Source: Eledone cirrhosa
Taxonomy: Eukaryota
DNA length: 64,000 nt
Reading direction: 5' to 3'
Assembly (NCBI GenBank): GCA_964016885.1
Contig: OZ024751.1
Location: 44,392,001 to 44,456,000 of the forward strand
The position numbers were made by a program, and so were the translations under genes. Below the pieces are notes generated by a model that was not told where the DNA came from, made no database searches, and saw only the letters and a list, made by a program, of their open reading frames with translations. Below are positions 30,335-43,283 of this stretch, in pieces. The stretch's first letter is position 1, and each line of letters begins with the position of its first letter.

Positions 30335-30648
30335 AATAAGGGTTGACGGACCCAGCATATTTATCAATGCCAGTACCGGTTGTATCTCAGGGTACTCCAC
30401 GGGCAATGTAAGATACATTCTCAGAGTATACACATAGTTATTTGCTTCAACACAATACACGTAAAACGGGTGCCTATAATAGTACCCGGACTCGAGTTTC
30501 GGCCGCACTAATGCAGCAGTAGGGTGCACTGCACCATTTGTCTGCATATATTATGCAACAATGCACAATCGGCTTATGCGCTTCATCAGCGGATATGGCC
30601 TAATCAATAACCAATCGATCGACAGAATCCTAAGACGAGTCTATGCCG

Positions 30649-30650
<2 letters not shown>
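30335..30650 (-). mobile_element. pLTR-like element (family E) with hammerhead at 30483-30595
   Basis: tatccg-CTGATGA-~80-nt branched stem II-GAAA-ctcgag-TC-cgggta. Homologous to 43520-43810. Confidence 0.8.
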
Positions 30651-30684
<34 letters not shown>

Positions 30685-30837
30685 TTTTGAGTATATGTTG
30701 GTTGTTTACCGACACCTCAGTATGCAGATTGGAGCACTCGACGAAATATGCAGGTTGGTTTGTTTACTTCGGAGTAATGTAAAATAATTAAGTCAAATAT
30801 GTAGAATTTGGCTTCGTTTATCATAAATTATAGATAT

Positions 30838-30892
30838 ACTGTTATATACATTTCGGTGACAGCCATCATTGGCTGAGACCTCTTCAGGCAGT
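30838..30892 (-). ncRNA. Type I hammerhead ribozyme motif
   Basis: actgc-CTGAAGA-ggtct cagcc aatgat ggctg tcacc-GAAA-tgtata-TA-acagt. Confidence 0.7.
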
Positions 30893-31028
30893 TCGAATTG
30901 GTTTGGAAAAGACAGGTACACATGTTGTTGAAGTGTGTTTTACACCGTCAATCCATCGATATGTCCAGCTCCTGGTTGTGTTGTTATTCCTCTGAGGAAC
31001 TGGAATCATATATTATTTTATATATACA

Positions 31029-31086
<58 letters not shown>

Positions 31087-31286
31087 GGATGCTTAGTAAA
31101 ATCGAATCTTTGGCGGTGTGCAAGCAAATTCGACCTACTGTATGAATGAGTTAGCAAAGCACTCGACAAGGGTGGGTCCTGAGAGTAATAACATACGTTT
31201 AAATAGCTTGACAAATTGAATATTGTGGCAGGCAAAGTCTAATACACAATACCAAAGTAACGAAAGAACTAACAGGTTGAGAAACA

Positions 31287-31422
31287 GGACTTTGAAGAAA
31301 AAATAGGTATATTTTCGTCATATTTTGTAATTTGATATATATACATTATATATATATATATCAAATTACAAAATATGACAAAAATATACCTATATTTTCT
31401 TCAAAGTCCCGACTGCAGTTTC
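31287..31422. repeat. Tail-to-tail inverted repeat around a TA tract, plus a hammerhead 3' half
   Basis: Arms 31287-31340 / ~31355-31409. Minus-strand GAAA-ctgcag-TC at 31411-31422. Confidence 0.6.
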
Positions 31423-31470
31423 GCCGATCCCTGTGCTCCAATTTCTGCGCTTTAAAAGTGCATCATCGCT

Positions 31471-31551
<81 letters not shown>

Positions 31552-31558
<7 letters not shown>

Positions 31559-31723
31559 ATATAGAAATGGCTTCTACAGGAGTAGAACTGTTTCATTCCT
31601 GATGATATCTCGCGAATGACACTTCTAGTCCTGTAGAAGCCATTTCTATATTAAATATTTATACTCTGCTTTGTATTGAGTACCTTACTTACTGCAGTTA
31701 CCCCCGATTGAACCCGGGATAAA

Positions 31724-31726
<3 letters not shown>
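31552..31726. mobile_element. Fold-back pLTR-like element (family C)
   Basis: Arms 31552-31598 / 31614-31658. CTGATGA at 31599, then ...ttctagTCctgtagaag. Homologous to 85-380. Confidence 0.65.
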
Positions 31727-31797
<71 letters not shown>

Positions 31798-32045
31798 GTC
31801 AGTTCATGATGGTGGCAAAAATGTGTATACCCATGTGCTCTTCCATTATAGAGTATATCCTATCTAAGTATATATTTATCGTTTCTGGTACACTTAGTAA
31901 ATATAGGATTTTAACATTCGGAACCTTGAGAATTTAGGTTTCTTAAACAACAACAGCAGCAACAACATAAATAACAACGATAATAATAATAATGTTAACC
32001 AAGACCAACTCTCTCTCCCTCTCCCTCTCTGTCTCTCTCTCTCTC

Positions 32046-32085
<40 letters not shown>

Positions 32086-32324
32086 GCTCTCTGTATGTCT
32101 CACGTGTATGTATGTATGTATGTATGTATGTATGTATGTATGCATGTATGTATGTATGTATAGATATACCTATGCCTATATGTATGTATGTATAGATATA
32201 CGTATGCCTATATGTATATACATATATGTGTGTATGTATCTATGTATGTGTGTATGTTTGTGTATACATATATATATATATACATACATATTTGTGTGTA
32301 TGTATATATATATATATTTCTTTG

Positions 32325-32418
<94 letters not shown>

Positions 32419-32729
32419 TACAAAAAACCCTGCTCGCCCGAATTCTTCAAATTTCGGTCCATATATGCGACAGCGAAAGAAAAATGCTAAAACTCTGAAA
32501 TTACAGAATTTGACTGAAGTTATTGTTGTCTGTTTACCAAATATGGTATCACATCACTCTGAGACCAAACTTGTGTTCTTTTGGAGAAAATTATATGAAA
32601 TGAAGAAGGTGATGTATGTATGTATATATATATGTGTGTGTGTGTGTATATATATATATGAGTGTGCGTGTGTGTGTGTATGTATATGCGTGCTTTTGTT
32701 TGTCTGTCTGTCTCTCTCTCTTTCTCTCA

Positions 32730-32772
<43 letters not shown>

Positions 32773-32991
32773 CATATACATACATACATACATACATATA
32801 TATATATACACTGTCATTCTAGTATTGCTTTCTGTCATAAAATGCGACTATATTGAGGCACCACATTGTTTTAGTCGATCATACTGACCCCAATTGTCCA
32901 TTCTTTAAAGTCTGGTGTTACTTGTTTTATCGATCCTGATTTGTCGAACCGTTAAGACCGGAATCACAAACACAAATTCACTTTCCCACCC

Positions 32992-33032
<41 letters not shown>

Positions 33033-33139
33033 CTCTACGGTTCTTATGTATTTGATATATATTTGTCCTTATCGAGCCCTCTTTGGATTTTAGTCTTCAA
33101 ATTTATTATTATTACTATATATATATATATACATATATA

Positions 33140-33238
33140 AAACAAAGGTGTGGTAAGAAACCAAGTGGTCCATAACGCACCAGAGTATTCGATACTTAGG
33201 GTAGTAGAGTGGGTAATAGGAAAAGAGCCAGGACCCCT
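33140..33238 (-). mobile_element. pLTR-like tail fragment (family B variant)
   Basis: Reverse-complement similarity to 43960-44056 and 61103-61196. Confidence 0.6.
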
Positions 33239-33444
33239 ATATATATATATATACGGCAGTTTTCACGTACCAAATTCTAATTCAATGACAATGGCCGATG
33301 CCGGTACAACTTGGCATCAAAGACAAGTTGAGTAAACTGGAGCAACGTTAAATAAAGTGTCTTGCACAAAGACAAAATGCATCGCCCGGTCCGAGAACCA
33401 AACTAACAACCTCACGCTTAAAATCCAACTCTCTCTAACACCTT

Positions 33445-33479
<35 letters not shown>

Positions 33480-33481
<2 letters not shown>

Positions 33482-33699
33482 TATTGAAGTTTCCGTTGAA
33501 AATTGAAAAAGTCATAGGAGTGAAGAGTGCTCTATATAAGTTACAGAGGTAAATTTAATGTATAATAAACAATACAATATAATAATAGTTGTTTTTAATT
33601 TCCTTGTCTGACGAACGAATGAGGACGTTTCTTGTATTCGTCTTATTCGGGAAACCTCTGGTAGTGAGGTAATTATATTGTATTGTTTATTATACATTA
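33480..33699. mobile_element. Fold-back pLTR-like element with hammerhead at 33602-33669 (+)
   Basis: ccttgt-CTGACGA-a-cgaatgaggacg...cgtcttattcg-g-GAAA-cc tct gg-TA-gtgagg. Arms 33556-33583 / 33672-33699. Related piece at 35440-35540. Confidence 0.75.
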
Positions 33700-33712
33700 T
33701 ATATATATATAT

Positions 33713-33988
33713 ATTTCGTTTCTGAATTTGTTTAGCAAGATTCTTTATCTGAAATCGTGTGTTGAAACCGATATTGTTATACTTTGGGAGGGTCATGTTG
33801 CCAATAAGAGGTCACAGAGTGTGTGACGAAAGAACTATGACTATATATAAACAACTATCTGGTTGTGGAACCAACCAACCAACCAACCAGAAATTTATAA
33901 ATTTATAAATTTATAAATATATAATAAATTGAAGTGAAAGCATCTGGTGCGTGTGTTTCTTATTGGCAACATGACCCTCCCAAAGTAT

Positions 33989-33996
<8 letters not shown>
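33713..33996. mobile_element. Fold-back pLTR-like element (family A)
   Basis: Arms 33771-33809 / 33958-33996. The loop begins with a truncated hammerhead, gtcaca gagtg tgtgac-GAAA-gaac-TA. The minus extension encodes MTLPKYNNIGFNTRFQIKNLAKQIQKRN. Confidence 0.75.
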
Positions 33997-34021
<25 letters not shown>

Positions 34022-34027
<6 letters not shown>

Positions 34028-34098
34028 GTCATCAAGTATGAAATTTGTAGAAATTTGTATTTTTTAAAGAATTTTTACAAATTTCATACTTGCCGGCC

Positions 34099-34103
<5 letters not shown>
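34022..34103. mobile_element. 82-bp Tc1/mariner-like MITE
   Basis: TIRs tattgggtcatcaagtatgaaatttgtagaaatt / aatttttacaaatttcatacttgccggcccgata, in a TA context. Confidence 0.6.
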
Positions 34104-34156
<53 letters not shown>

Positions 34157-34306
34157 GTGTGTATAAATGGAAGATAAAATATAATATATATATAATATAT
34201 TTTCTCTCTATCCCTACGGGTTATTTTACCCGATTTTCTAAAGCTATTTTCATTTATAGCGATGCATACACCTATCTCTATCTATCTATGTATATATATA
34301 TGTATG

Positions 34307-34350
<44 letters not shown>

Positions 34351-34529
34351 TATATGCACACACACACACAGAAGCATATATAGTGATATTTGAATACACA
34401 CGGAAGCTCCATATTTTGACTCTTATACGAGTGTACACAAACGCGCGCTATCAGCTCTTTACAGCTCTGTGTCATTAATCATTCTCCAAAACCACCATCA
34501 CCACCACCACCTCGACCACTATCACTACC

Positions 34530-34560
<31 letters not shown>

Positions 34561-34635
34561 CTACTAACTATTACCATCACATAGCAAGCATAGACCGCAT
34601 ATCCTAAAACCGTGCCTTCTATACTTCTATCCAGC

Positions 34636-34732
<97 letters not shown>

Positions 34733-35177
34733 TCTCTCTCTTTATGTATATATATATATATATTTGCATGTATGTATGTATATATGTTGCATGTACATAG
34801 AGACATAGAGGAAGGTCTGTTGATTAAACAATGTGTTATTGTACGCCGTGAAGAAGGAACCGGAATTTATTACGAATTTCTGGTATTTATGAAACAATGC
34901 ATAAGTAGAGATAAGTATGTGATGTATGACTTTATATACGGACATACATACATACGTACATACGTACATATATATACATACGTACATATATAATACATAC
35001 ATACATATATACATACGTGTATGTCTTCCCCGGTTTGGTGGCTGTTGCGGTGTGCCTTCATTTTGTCCAATCTGGAGGGTGGTCGCGAGTTGCTTTAGCA
35101 GTTGTCACGAGTGTAGGTCAAAGTTCGGTTCAAGGTTTTTGGGACAGATTGGAGCAATAACGGCCTTTTAAACGTGC

Positions 35178-35213
<36 letters not shown>

Positions 35214-35366
35214 TGAAGTAAAAGTTAAGTGGAAATAACCAAGAGTAAGAGCACTCAGTCCATAGGACGAGTTTTTATTATTTTGTTTTTATTTTTCTCA
35301 TGACAGTCTGAATAAATTGGAGCTCAGAACCCAACGAAACTTGAGTACTTGTTTATGTCACTGTTG

Positions 35367-35436
<70 letters not shown>

Positions 35437-35560
35437 AATGAATTAATTCCGTCGGAAAGGTCCAGGAAAAAAGAGTGCTCTATGTAAGTTACAGAGCTTA
35501 TTAGTTATGTAATAAACAACATAAGATAATTATTTCATTTATATATATATATATATATAT

Positions 35561-35597
<37 letters not shown>

Positions 35598-35601
<4 letters not shown>

Positions 35602-37711
35602 TTTCATTTATTAGCCACAAGGGCCGACATGTAGGGGACAATACAAAGACAGGGACAGTGGGGGTTTACAATAAGGTCGAGTAAAAGTGCACAATGGCAA
35701 GACTAATTTAACAATGAAAATATAAAATATAAAATAAACTATGCAAAATATAACAAAATAAATTCCCCGATAGGGGGTGGACGACCCTGGGGTGATTCGG
35801 GTACCCCACCAATCCTGAACCACCCTGCGCTTCTAGGGCACCCAGGAGCGCACCCCTCTCCTCAAGTTAGCCAGCCTATAGGCGCATGGTCAGAGTAGGC
35901 CCATTCACACGAGCCATCCTTGCCACATTCACCCACCTTTTAGCAAATGTACTGGGAGGCAGCACTTCTCTCTCCACCCTCACCCTCCTTTCCAGGTGAA
36001 ACTTGAAGAAGTTGATGAGGGATTGGCCGAAGAGAAAAGTGTCTGTCTTTAGTCCTTTCAACCTGGTCCACCATATAATCTCTTTCGCAACTGCCACCAG
36101 ACAGAGGAAAATGTCCTGCTCTTTCTGACCTAAGGAAGGTGGCGGCTCGATCTTCACTATGGACTCGGCCGATAACTGGATTCGTTCCACACGCGACAGT
36201 AGCTGTTCGACATAACTCCACAAGTCAGTAATGCATGGACATTGGACAAGTGCGTGCAGAACGGTTTCGTCGTTCTGTGCGCATCTTGGGCAGGTCCGTC
36301 TGACAGCACTTCCGTGCCTGTAGAGTTTATCCCGAACCGGCAGTGCCCCCCGGTAGCACTGCCAAGCGAGGGATTTCTGGAAATTGTCCATCGTCCCTGG
36401 CTCAAAAGTCCTCCGGTACAGACTGGTCAGTTCGACTTCGTCGAGGCCCAAAACTTCTCCGAGTGCGTCATCGCACTTGCCCACCACTAATCCTCTATAA
36501 AACTCGAGAGTGGAAGTTCCACTGATCGCATTGCCCGCTTGGTAGAGGGCAGTGAGGGCCTGGCAACATTCCAGGTGCCAGTCACCCAGTCTCGGTCTCT
36601 TCTTGACCCAGGACTGCAGCTCAGTCAAAGAAATGAGCTGCGGAAAGGCCCGTCTGATAAACGGCGACCACACCTGTTCACCATTGAGGCAGAATATCTG
36701 GAGATGTCGCAGCCTCAACGCATGTCTGCGCATCATTAGCCACGGCATGCCCAGCCCTCCGTGTAGAGGGTGCTGGCAGCAGATGGACCGCCTCACCAAC
36801 GGAACTTGTCCCCTCCACAAGAATTTGAAGAGGAGCCGTTCCAACTTGACGAGGCGCGGACGGGGGCAAGGCACGACGGTTAGGCGGTAATAGATGACGG
36901 ACGCGATGTACGCATTCGCCACCTCCGCGCGACCTTTCAGTGATAGCTTCCTCCCAGCCCATTTTTGGGTGAGACTGGCTACTCTGCTCGTTACCTCGTC
37001 CCAATTCTTTTCCACCTGGAGGTCTGGTCCGAACCAAACCCCGAGCAACTTTACTGGTCCGTCCGTCCAGCGCTCCACGACGCTGTTGGACGGCATGGGC
37101 TTGCCTCTCCAGGTTCCAAGCTGCAAGCCCACCGACTTTTCCGGGTTAAGTTTGGCTCCTGTCAACCTTTCATATTCTTTCAATAAGGTGCCGACCACCT
37201 CGATTTCTGAGGTGTTCGACACCATCACGGTGATGTCGTCCGCATAAGCCGACACCGCCTTTCCACGTCCCGGTTCGAGCGGGATGCCCTGCAACAGCTC
37301 CAGCTTCCGCAGTAAAGGCTCGAGAGTCAATACGTACAGAAGGGAAGAGAGAGGGCACCCTTGACGAACCGATCGGGAGAGCCGAAATGGTTCCGAGAGG
37401 TGGCCATTAACTTTGACCACCGAGCGTGTACCGCTGTGCATTGCAACGATCCAGCTTCTAAAGACAGGGCCGAAGCCAGCTGCTTTGAGGACAAACTCCA
37501 GATACCGATGGTCGACCCTATCGAATGCTTTCGATTGATCTAAATTGATCAGTGCCCCACCGAAGCCAGGTTTACACCCTACCCTCTCTATGATGTATCG
37601 CATGAGGTGGAGATTGTCGTGTATGGACCTGGCTGGGATTGCGCAAGTTTGCGCCTCCCCAACCAAATCCTCGACGACAAGCGCCAATCTCTTTGCTAAC
37701 ACCTTGGCCAA
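35598..37711 (-). mobile_element. L1/Tx1-like LINE, 3' half (RT, CCHC knuckle, 3' UTR)
   Basis: Stop-free ORF starting at LAKVLAKRL: LDQSKAFDRVDH, VRQGCPLS, YADD and CPRCAQNDETVLHALVQC. 3' end cttgtggctaataaatgaaat plus (ATT)n. Confidence 0.92.
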
Positions 37712-39462
37712 ATTCGAGAGAGCTTTCCTCAAGACGTGGGAAACCCGAATGTGAAACCCACATCAAGACTTTTAAAGGGGTTCCCAAAAGAAACCCCACC
37801 AACCATGGAGGTCGCACCACCCGACCTTCACAAGACCCGGGAGGTAAGTAAACCTTCCCTCTCTCTCTCTTAGCTTACCAATATGGCCATATTAAGAGTA
37901 GGAAGTTTAAATGTTCGCGGCCTGGGGTCACCCTGGAAGCAGGGTCGCCTGCTCAACGACCTCCGGTCGCTGGAAATGGATGTGATTGCCGTAAGCGAGA
38001 CCAGAATTTCCGACACGCGTGCACTAGCCCCCATTTTCGACGACTATCAGATCTTCGCATCTGTTAGCAGGCCGGGAATGGGGGGTGGGGTGGCAGTGCT
38101 GTTTAGGAAAGGACTGGATCTCGAGGTAAGGTCGATCTTCCGGGACCCGGACGGTAAGTTGGTGGTCTTGGATGTGAGCAGTAGCGAAGGTGGTGCCTTT
38201 AGGCTGCTGGCCGCCTACGCCCCTACAGGGGCCGGACGACCTGACTTCTTTAGGCGCCTGGAGACCTTTCTGGGTACGTCTCGCCCTTTACTGTTAGCGG
38301 GGGACTGGAATGGCATCTTAGACGCACGCTGGGATTGTGTGGGAGTAGCCGATAGGAGCGGGGGGTGCAAAAGCCTCAAGCACCTACTCAGCCAGTTCCA
38401 ACTGTCTGACAGGTATCGACTAGATTTCCCCAATGTGCCAGTATGGATATGGACCAACCGAATGGGGTCATCTAGATCGTATATAGACAGAATCTTCATT
38501 AGGAAAATAGATAGAAATAGTGTGGGCTGTCCACTTTTTAAAACGGTCGCCTATTCAGATCACAAATTTGTGATCTGTACGGTCGACCTAAATAAAACGC
38601 GTAGGTTAGGACCGGGTTACTGGAAGCTGAACATGTCATTTCCGGCACGTAAGGCTTACAGGGACCGAGTCAATAAGTTAGTTAAGCAAAAGTTGACAGG
38701 GGGGATCATCAACAACAGATGGTGGGGGGCTCTCAAAAGAGAGATCAGAGTAACTTCGATAGAGTTCAGCAAAGAACTAGCGTTAGAGAAAAATAGAAAG
38801 GAGGGGGAGCTGGTAGATAAGTTAGACGAGGCTATTTGTAGTGGCATCGCAACTGACGTGTTAGCGGCGAGAATGGCATTAGACCATTTCTTCAATGCCA
38901 AACACGAAGGTTGCATTGTCAGAGCTAAGGCGCGTGCGCTGAGAAACGAGGGAACTAAAGCTGTTCGATGGGCCCGCGTGGCGGAGGCGCAGCGTGGTAA
39001 TAAAACCACAATTCGGTCTTTGGCGGACCGAGACGGACACGAGATAAGCGATTCCAAGCGGATGTGTGAGGCCTTTCGCCAGCACTTTGCTCGGTTGTTC
39101 GGGGGGAGTGGCGGGTCAGAGAGAGTAGCGGATTTCAGTCCCTACCTTGACGGCTTCCCACGCATCTCGACGGTCGACGCTGAGCGCTGCGAAAGGCCGA
39201 TTACTTCAGCCGAAATTCAGGACGCCCTTGTCGGCTGCATGAGGCGCAAGTCACCAGGCTTGGATGGCCTGCCCTGCGAGCTTTACGTAAATATGCCAGA
39301 CTTGTTCTCCGAACTCCTTGAAGCACTCTACTGTAACTGGCAGCAGAATGGGAGTATTCCCAGTTCTGTGAGAAGGGGAGTGGTGACGCTGATAAGGAAA
39401 GACGAGAACAAGAGGGATACATTAGACAACTTCAGGCCCATAACTCTGCTCAACACAGAGTT
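37712..39462 (+). mobile_element. Inverted 5' half of the same L1/Tx1-like LINE (ORF1 end, APE endonuclease, RT N-terminus)
   Basis: ORF from 37883: SLNVRGL, SET, YAP, AGDWN, YIDRIF, SDH, GYWKLN, KSPGLDGLP, FRPITLLNTE, then (AAT)n. Confidence 0.92.
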
Positions 39463-39487
39463 TAATAACAATAATAATAATAATAAT

Positions 39488-39720
39488 GAAGTCAAAGTGA
39501 TCCCGATTGTCATAGGCGCACTAGGGACTATCTCAAAAACTTTCCAGGGATGGTCAAAGAAAATTGGACCTTCACGCTTTTTGGAACGCTTCAAAAGGCA
39601 TGCTTGCTGGGAACAGCAAGAACCCTCCGATACGTCCTGAATATCTGAGGTAGTGGTTTGATATTCATTTCAACAAACTTTCCAGTTAACTAACATCAAT
39701 GACTGAGACTCAAAGAGTAA
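39488..39720 (+). mobile_element. R4/Dong-like RLE LINE 3' fragment
   Basis: VKVIPIVIGALGTI...(frameshift)...LQKACLLGTARTLRYVLNI*, homologous to the C-terminus of 40735-43030. Flanked by (TAA)n. Confidence 0.7.
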
Positions 39721-39733
39721 TAACAATAATAAT

Positions 39734-40557
39734 GATTTCTTTATTAACCACAAAGGTTTACATAAAGTAGACATTAAGGACAGTGCAGGACAATACAGGA
39801 CGGTAAAAATGGGCATTTCTGCGTGTAAAAAACAAAAACAGAGGATGTAACAAAAAAATAACAATGAAAAATTCCCGAATAGGGGGGAGACTTCGGAGGG
39901 ACATTTGTGGAGAAAGCCCAGTAAAAGGCCACAGTGACCCTGACCACCAGGGCAAGTGCCCTCTCCCAGTTTTCCACCTTTAATTTACAGATAATACTCA
40001 GAGTAGGCCCATTCACTCGTGCCATTCTTGCTTCTCTCACCCATCTTTCAACAAAATGCTGGGAAGAGAGCACTTCCCTCTCTACTCTGATTTTCCTTTT
40101 CAAATGAAATTTGAAAAAGTCAATCAGGGCATCACCGAAGAGGTAAGTGCTCGTCTTCAGCCCTTTCAAACGTGTCCACCATACTATCTCTTTCGCCATG
40201 GCCACCAGACAGATAAAAACTGCCTGCCCTTCCCGGCTAAAGGAAGAGGGCGGGGCAATCCTCACGATGGACTCAGATGATAGCCGGATACGTCCTACAC
40301 GCGACAGCAGGTATTCGACATAAACCCACAAGTCAGTAATTTTCGGACACTGGACGAGTGCGTGCAGGACGGTTTCGTCGCCCTGCGCGCATCTCGGACA
40401 TGCCCAGCTGACGGCACCTCCATGCCTGTAGAGTTTATCCCGAACTGGCAAGGCTCCTCGGTAGCACTGCCAGGCCAGAGATTTCTGGAAGTTGTCCATA
40501 GGCCCCGGCCCGAAAGTTCTTCCGAGTTGATTTTCGTCGACGCCTAGAGTTTCCCCA

Positions 40558-40558
<1 letters not shown>
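39734..40558 (-). mobile_element. L1/Tx1-like LINE 3' fragment
   Basis: MDNFQKSLAWQCYRGALPVRDKLYRHG...CPRCAQGDETVLHALVQC. 3' end ttgtggttaataaagaaat plus (ATT)n. Confidence 0.88.
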
Positions 40559-40606
<48 letters not shown>

Positions 40607-40608
<2 letters not shown>

Positions 40609-40714
40609 TGTTTCTACTTTAGGCACAAGGCCAGCAATTACCCAGTGCATTACTGGTACTTTATTTTATCGACCCTATCAGGATGAAAGGCAAAGTTAAC
40701 CTCGGCGGGATTTG
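40607..40714 (-). mobile_element. 5'-truncated tRNA-derived SINE with (ATT)n tail
   Basis: Reverse-complement of the family core and 3' end. Confidence 0.85.
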
Positions 40715-40734
40715 ATAATAATAATAATAATAAT

Positions 40735-43171
40735 AGTTGAACAGCTGCGCTTGGCTCTAAGAAAAACCAGCAAATGGAAATCCCCAGGAAAAGACAAAAT
40801 ACAAAACTTTTGGATAAATGCCTTCACAGAGTCTCATGAGCTGTTAGCCCAACTTTACAATGAAATAGTTAAGGAGCCAGAAAAGATACCATCATGGCTA
40901 GTTAACGGCATTACATTCCTGCTACCGAAGAATGATGAGACAAACAATCCCAAAAATTACAGACCGATAACCTGCTTGACCACAATGTATAAAATTTTAA
41001 CATCAGTCCTAACTGAATACACATATGACCACCTGATAACAAATGACCTATTTCCCATTGAGCAGAAAGGGTGTAAACGAGGCTCATATGGCTGTAAGGA
41101 TCAGCTTCTGGTTAACAAAATGATACTGGAAGATTGTCATAATAGACACAAAAATCTATCGATTGCTTGGATAGATTATAAAAAAGCATTTGATAGTTTG
41201 CCACACAGTTGGATTGAAAAATGTTTAGAGATTTTCAAAATATCCCCCGTTGTCAGGAGGTTTTTGTCATTCAGTATGAGGACATGGAGAACGACACTCC
41301 TTTTGAATAGTGAAACAAAATCACTGGAAGCTGGAGAAGTTAACATTAATTGTGGAATTTTTCAGGGTGACTCTTTATCACCGCTTTTATTCTGCATCGC
41401 ACTTATACCATTAAGTAAAATGCTCAATGAAACAAAACATGGATATAGAGTCTATGACAAAACCATTAATCACCTGTTCTACATGGATGACCTGAAACTA
41501 TTTGCAAAAAATGATGAACAATTGCAAGGGCTATTATCCACTGTGAAGCAGTTCAGTGATGACATTAAAATGGAGTTTGGACTGGATAAATGCGCCAAAG
41601 CAACGTTCACCAGAGGAAAGCTGCTGAAGAGTTCAGACATTAATCTTGATCGGGGGAACATGATAAGAGAGCTTGATCAAGAACAAACTTACAAATATCT
41701 AGGTGTTTGTGAAGGAGACGGAATCAAGCACTCGACAATGAGGGAAAGGATAAGGAAGGAATGTTACCGCAGAGTCAGAGCAATCTTAAGAACGGAATTG
41801 AATGCAAGGAATAGGATCGATGCCATAAACACGCTTGCCATACCAGTAGTAACCTACAGTTACAATGTCATCAACTGGTCAAGCACAGAGATCCGTAGGC
41901 TCGATACAAAAATCCGAAAATTCTTAACCATGCACAGAATGCATCACCCTAAGGCAGACATAGATAGAATATATCTCCCTAGGAAAGAAGGAGGACGTGG
42001 GTTAATCCAGTTAGACATTGCGTTGAAAACTGCAACAATTGGATTATCCACATATCTAAGGGAATCACATGTTTGGATGATCAAACTCGTTTTGAAACAC
42101 GAAAGCACCAAAAGATCATATTCCATTACAAAAGATGTACAAAGATACAGTAATGGACTACAAATTTCAGAAGTCCCATTTACTGCTGAAATGGAAAACA
42201 CAGAAAAAGCAAAGCAGGTAAAAGTAACTGCAAAGAAAGAACTGCTACAGAAACTGGTTAAGAAATGGCAAGAAAAGCCTCTGTATGGAAAATACCCAGA
42301 GCGAGCTAACAATCCTGATGTTGACAAAACTTTAACCCATCAGTGGTTGGCATCCTCTGGACTGAAATCGGAGACTGAAGGACTGATTATATCCGCACAA
42401 GATCAGTGTCTGCCAACAAAAAATTACCAAGCCAACATAATAAAAAATGGGTGCAGCCCATTATGCCGTGTATGCAAAAAACAACCAGAGACCATTGACC
42501 ATATAATTTCAATGTGCAGTCCTATAGCTCCAACCGAATACCTAAACAGGCATGACAGAGCTGCACAATACATACATTGGATAATGTGTAAGCATTTTGA
42601 CCTGCCCAATCAAAAGAATTGGTGGGAGCATCAACCACCTCCCATACTTGAAAAAGATCACATCTCAATCTTGTGGAACTTTAGCATCCAAACAGACCGA
42701 AAAATAGATGCAAATAGACCTGATATAATATTGAAGGACTTTCAAAGGAGGGTATGCCTGCTAATTGATATGTCTGTTCCAATAGACAAGAATGTATCTA
42801 TAAAAACATTTGAAAAATTGAGCAAGTATAAGGACCTGGAGATAGAAATTGGAAAAATGTGGAAATTGAGAACTAAAACAATACCAGTGGTTGTAGGCGC
42901 TCTGGGAATGATACCTAAGGAGTCTAACGACTACTTATCGCAAATCCCAGGAAACCCGCGTATAGGAGAAATACAAAAGATAGTATTAATGGGAACTGCC
43001 CATATACTAAGGAAGATCCTGTCAATATAAGTACATCACAAGTCTAAACACTAAGGATGCATGTGTGAATATGTGTGTTCTTTCTTGAACATGGCGGACC
43101 TTGTTGTCTCTTGAGGTCACTGGTTGTGACTTGGTGATAACTCGTATGAACATAAAGCAAGATAAATGCAA
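40735..43171 (+). mobile_element. 5'-truncated R4/Dong-like non-LTR retrotransposon (RT + CCHC + restriction-like endonuclease), ORF to 43030
   Basis: Stop-free ~765 aa: WKSPGKD, YRPITCL, WIDYKKAFDS, GIFQGDSLSP, YMDD, YKYLG, CRVC...HIISMC, RHD, NRPDII, LIDMSVP, EKLSKY. (TAA)n on both sides, the known target of Dong-type R4 elements. Confidence 0.92.
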
Positions 43172-43283
43172 ATAATAATAATAATAATAATAGGGTTTAA
43201 GTATCGTAAGAGAGGATGAAGTAGAAAGGTGAAAAATGCAGGGTGATGTCAAGTTGGCGTAAAAATTCTCAACGGTATCTATA

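Noticed and set aside
34840-34910. GTGAAGA...stem...GAAACAATGCA hammerhead-like string
   Set aside because: The core and cleavage triplet are mismatched and there is no convincing stem I.
37883-39640. 585-aa ORF as a novel APE-RLE fusion protein
   Set aside because: Chance in-frame read-through from the inverted Tx1 half across (AAT)n (poly-Asn) into an unrelated, frameshifted R4/Dong stub.
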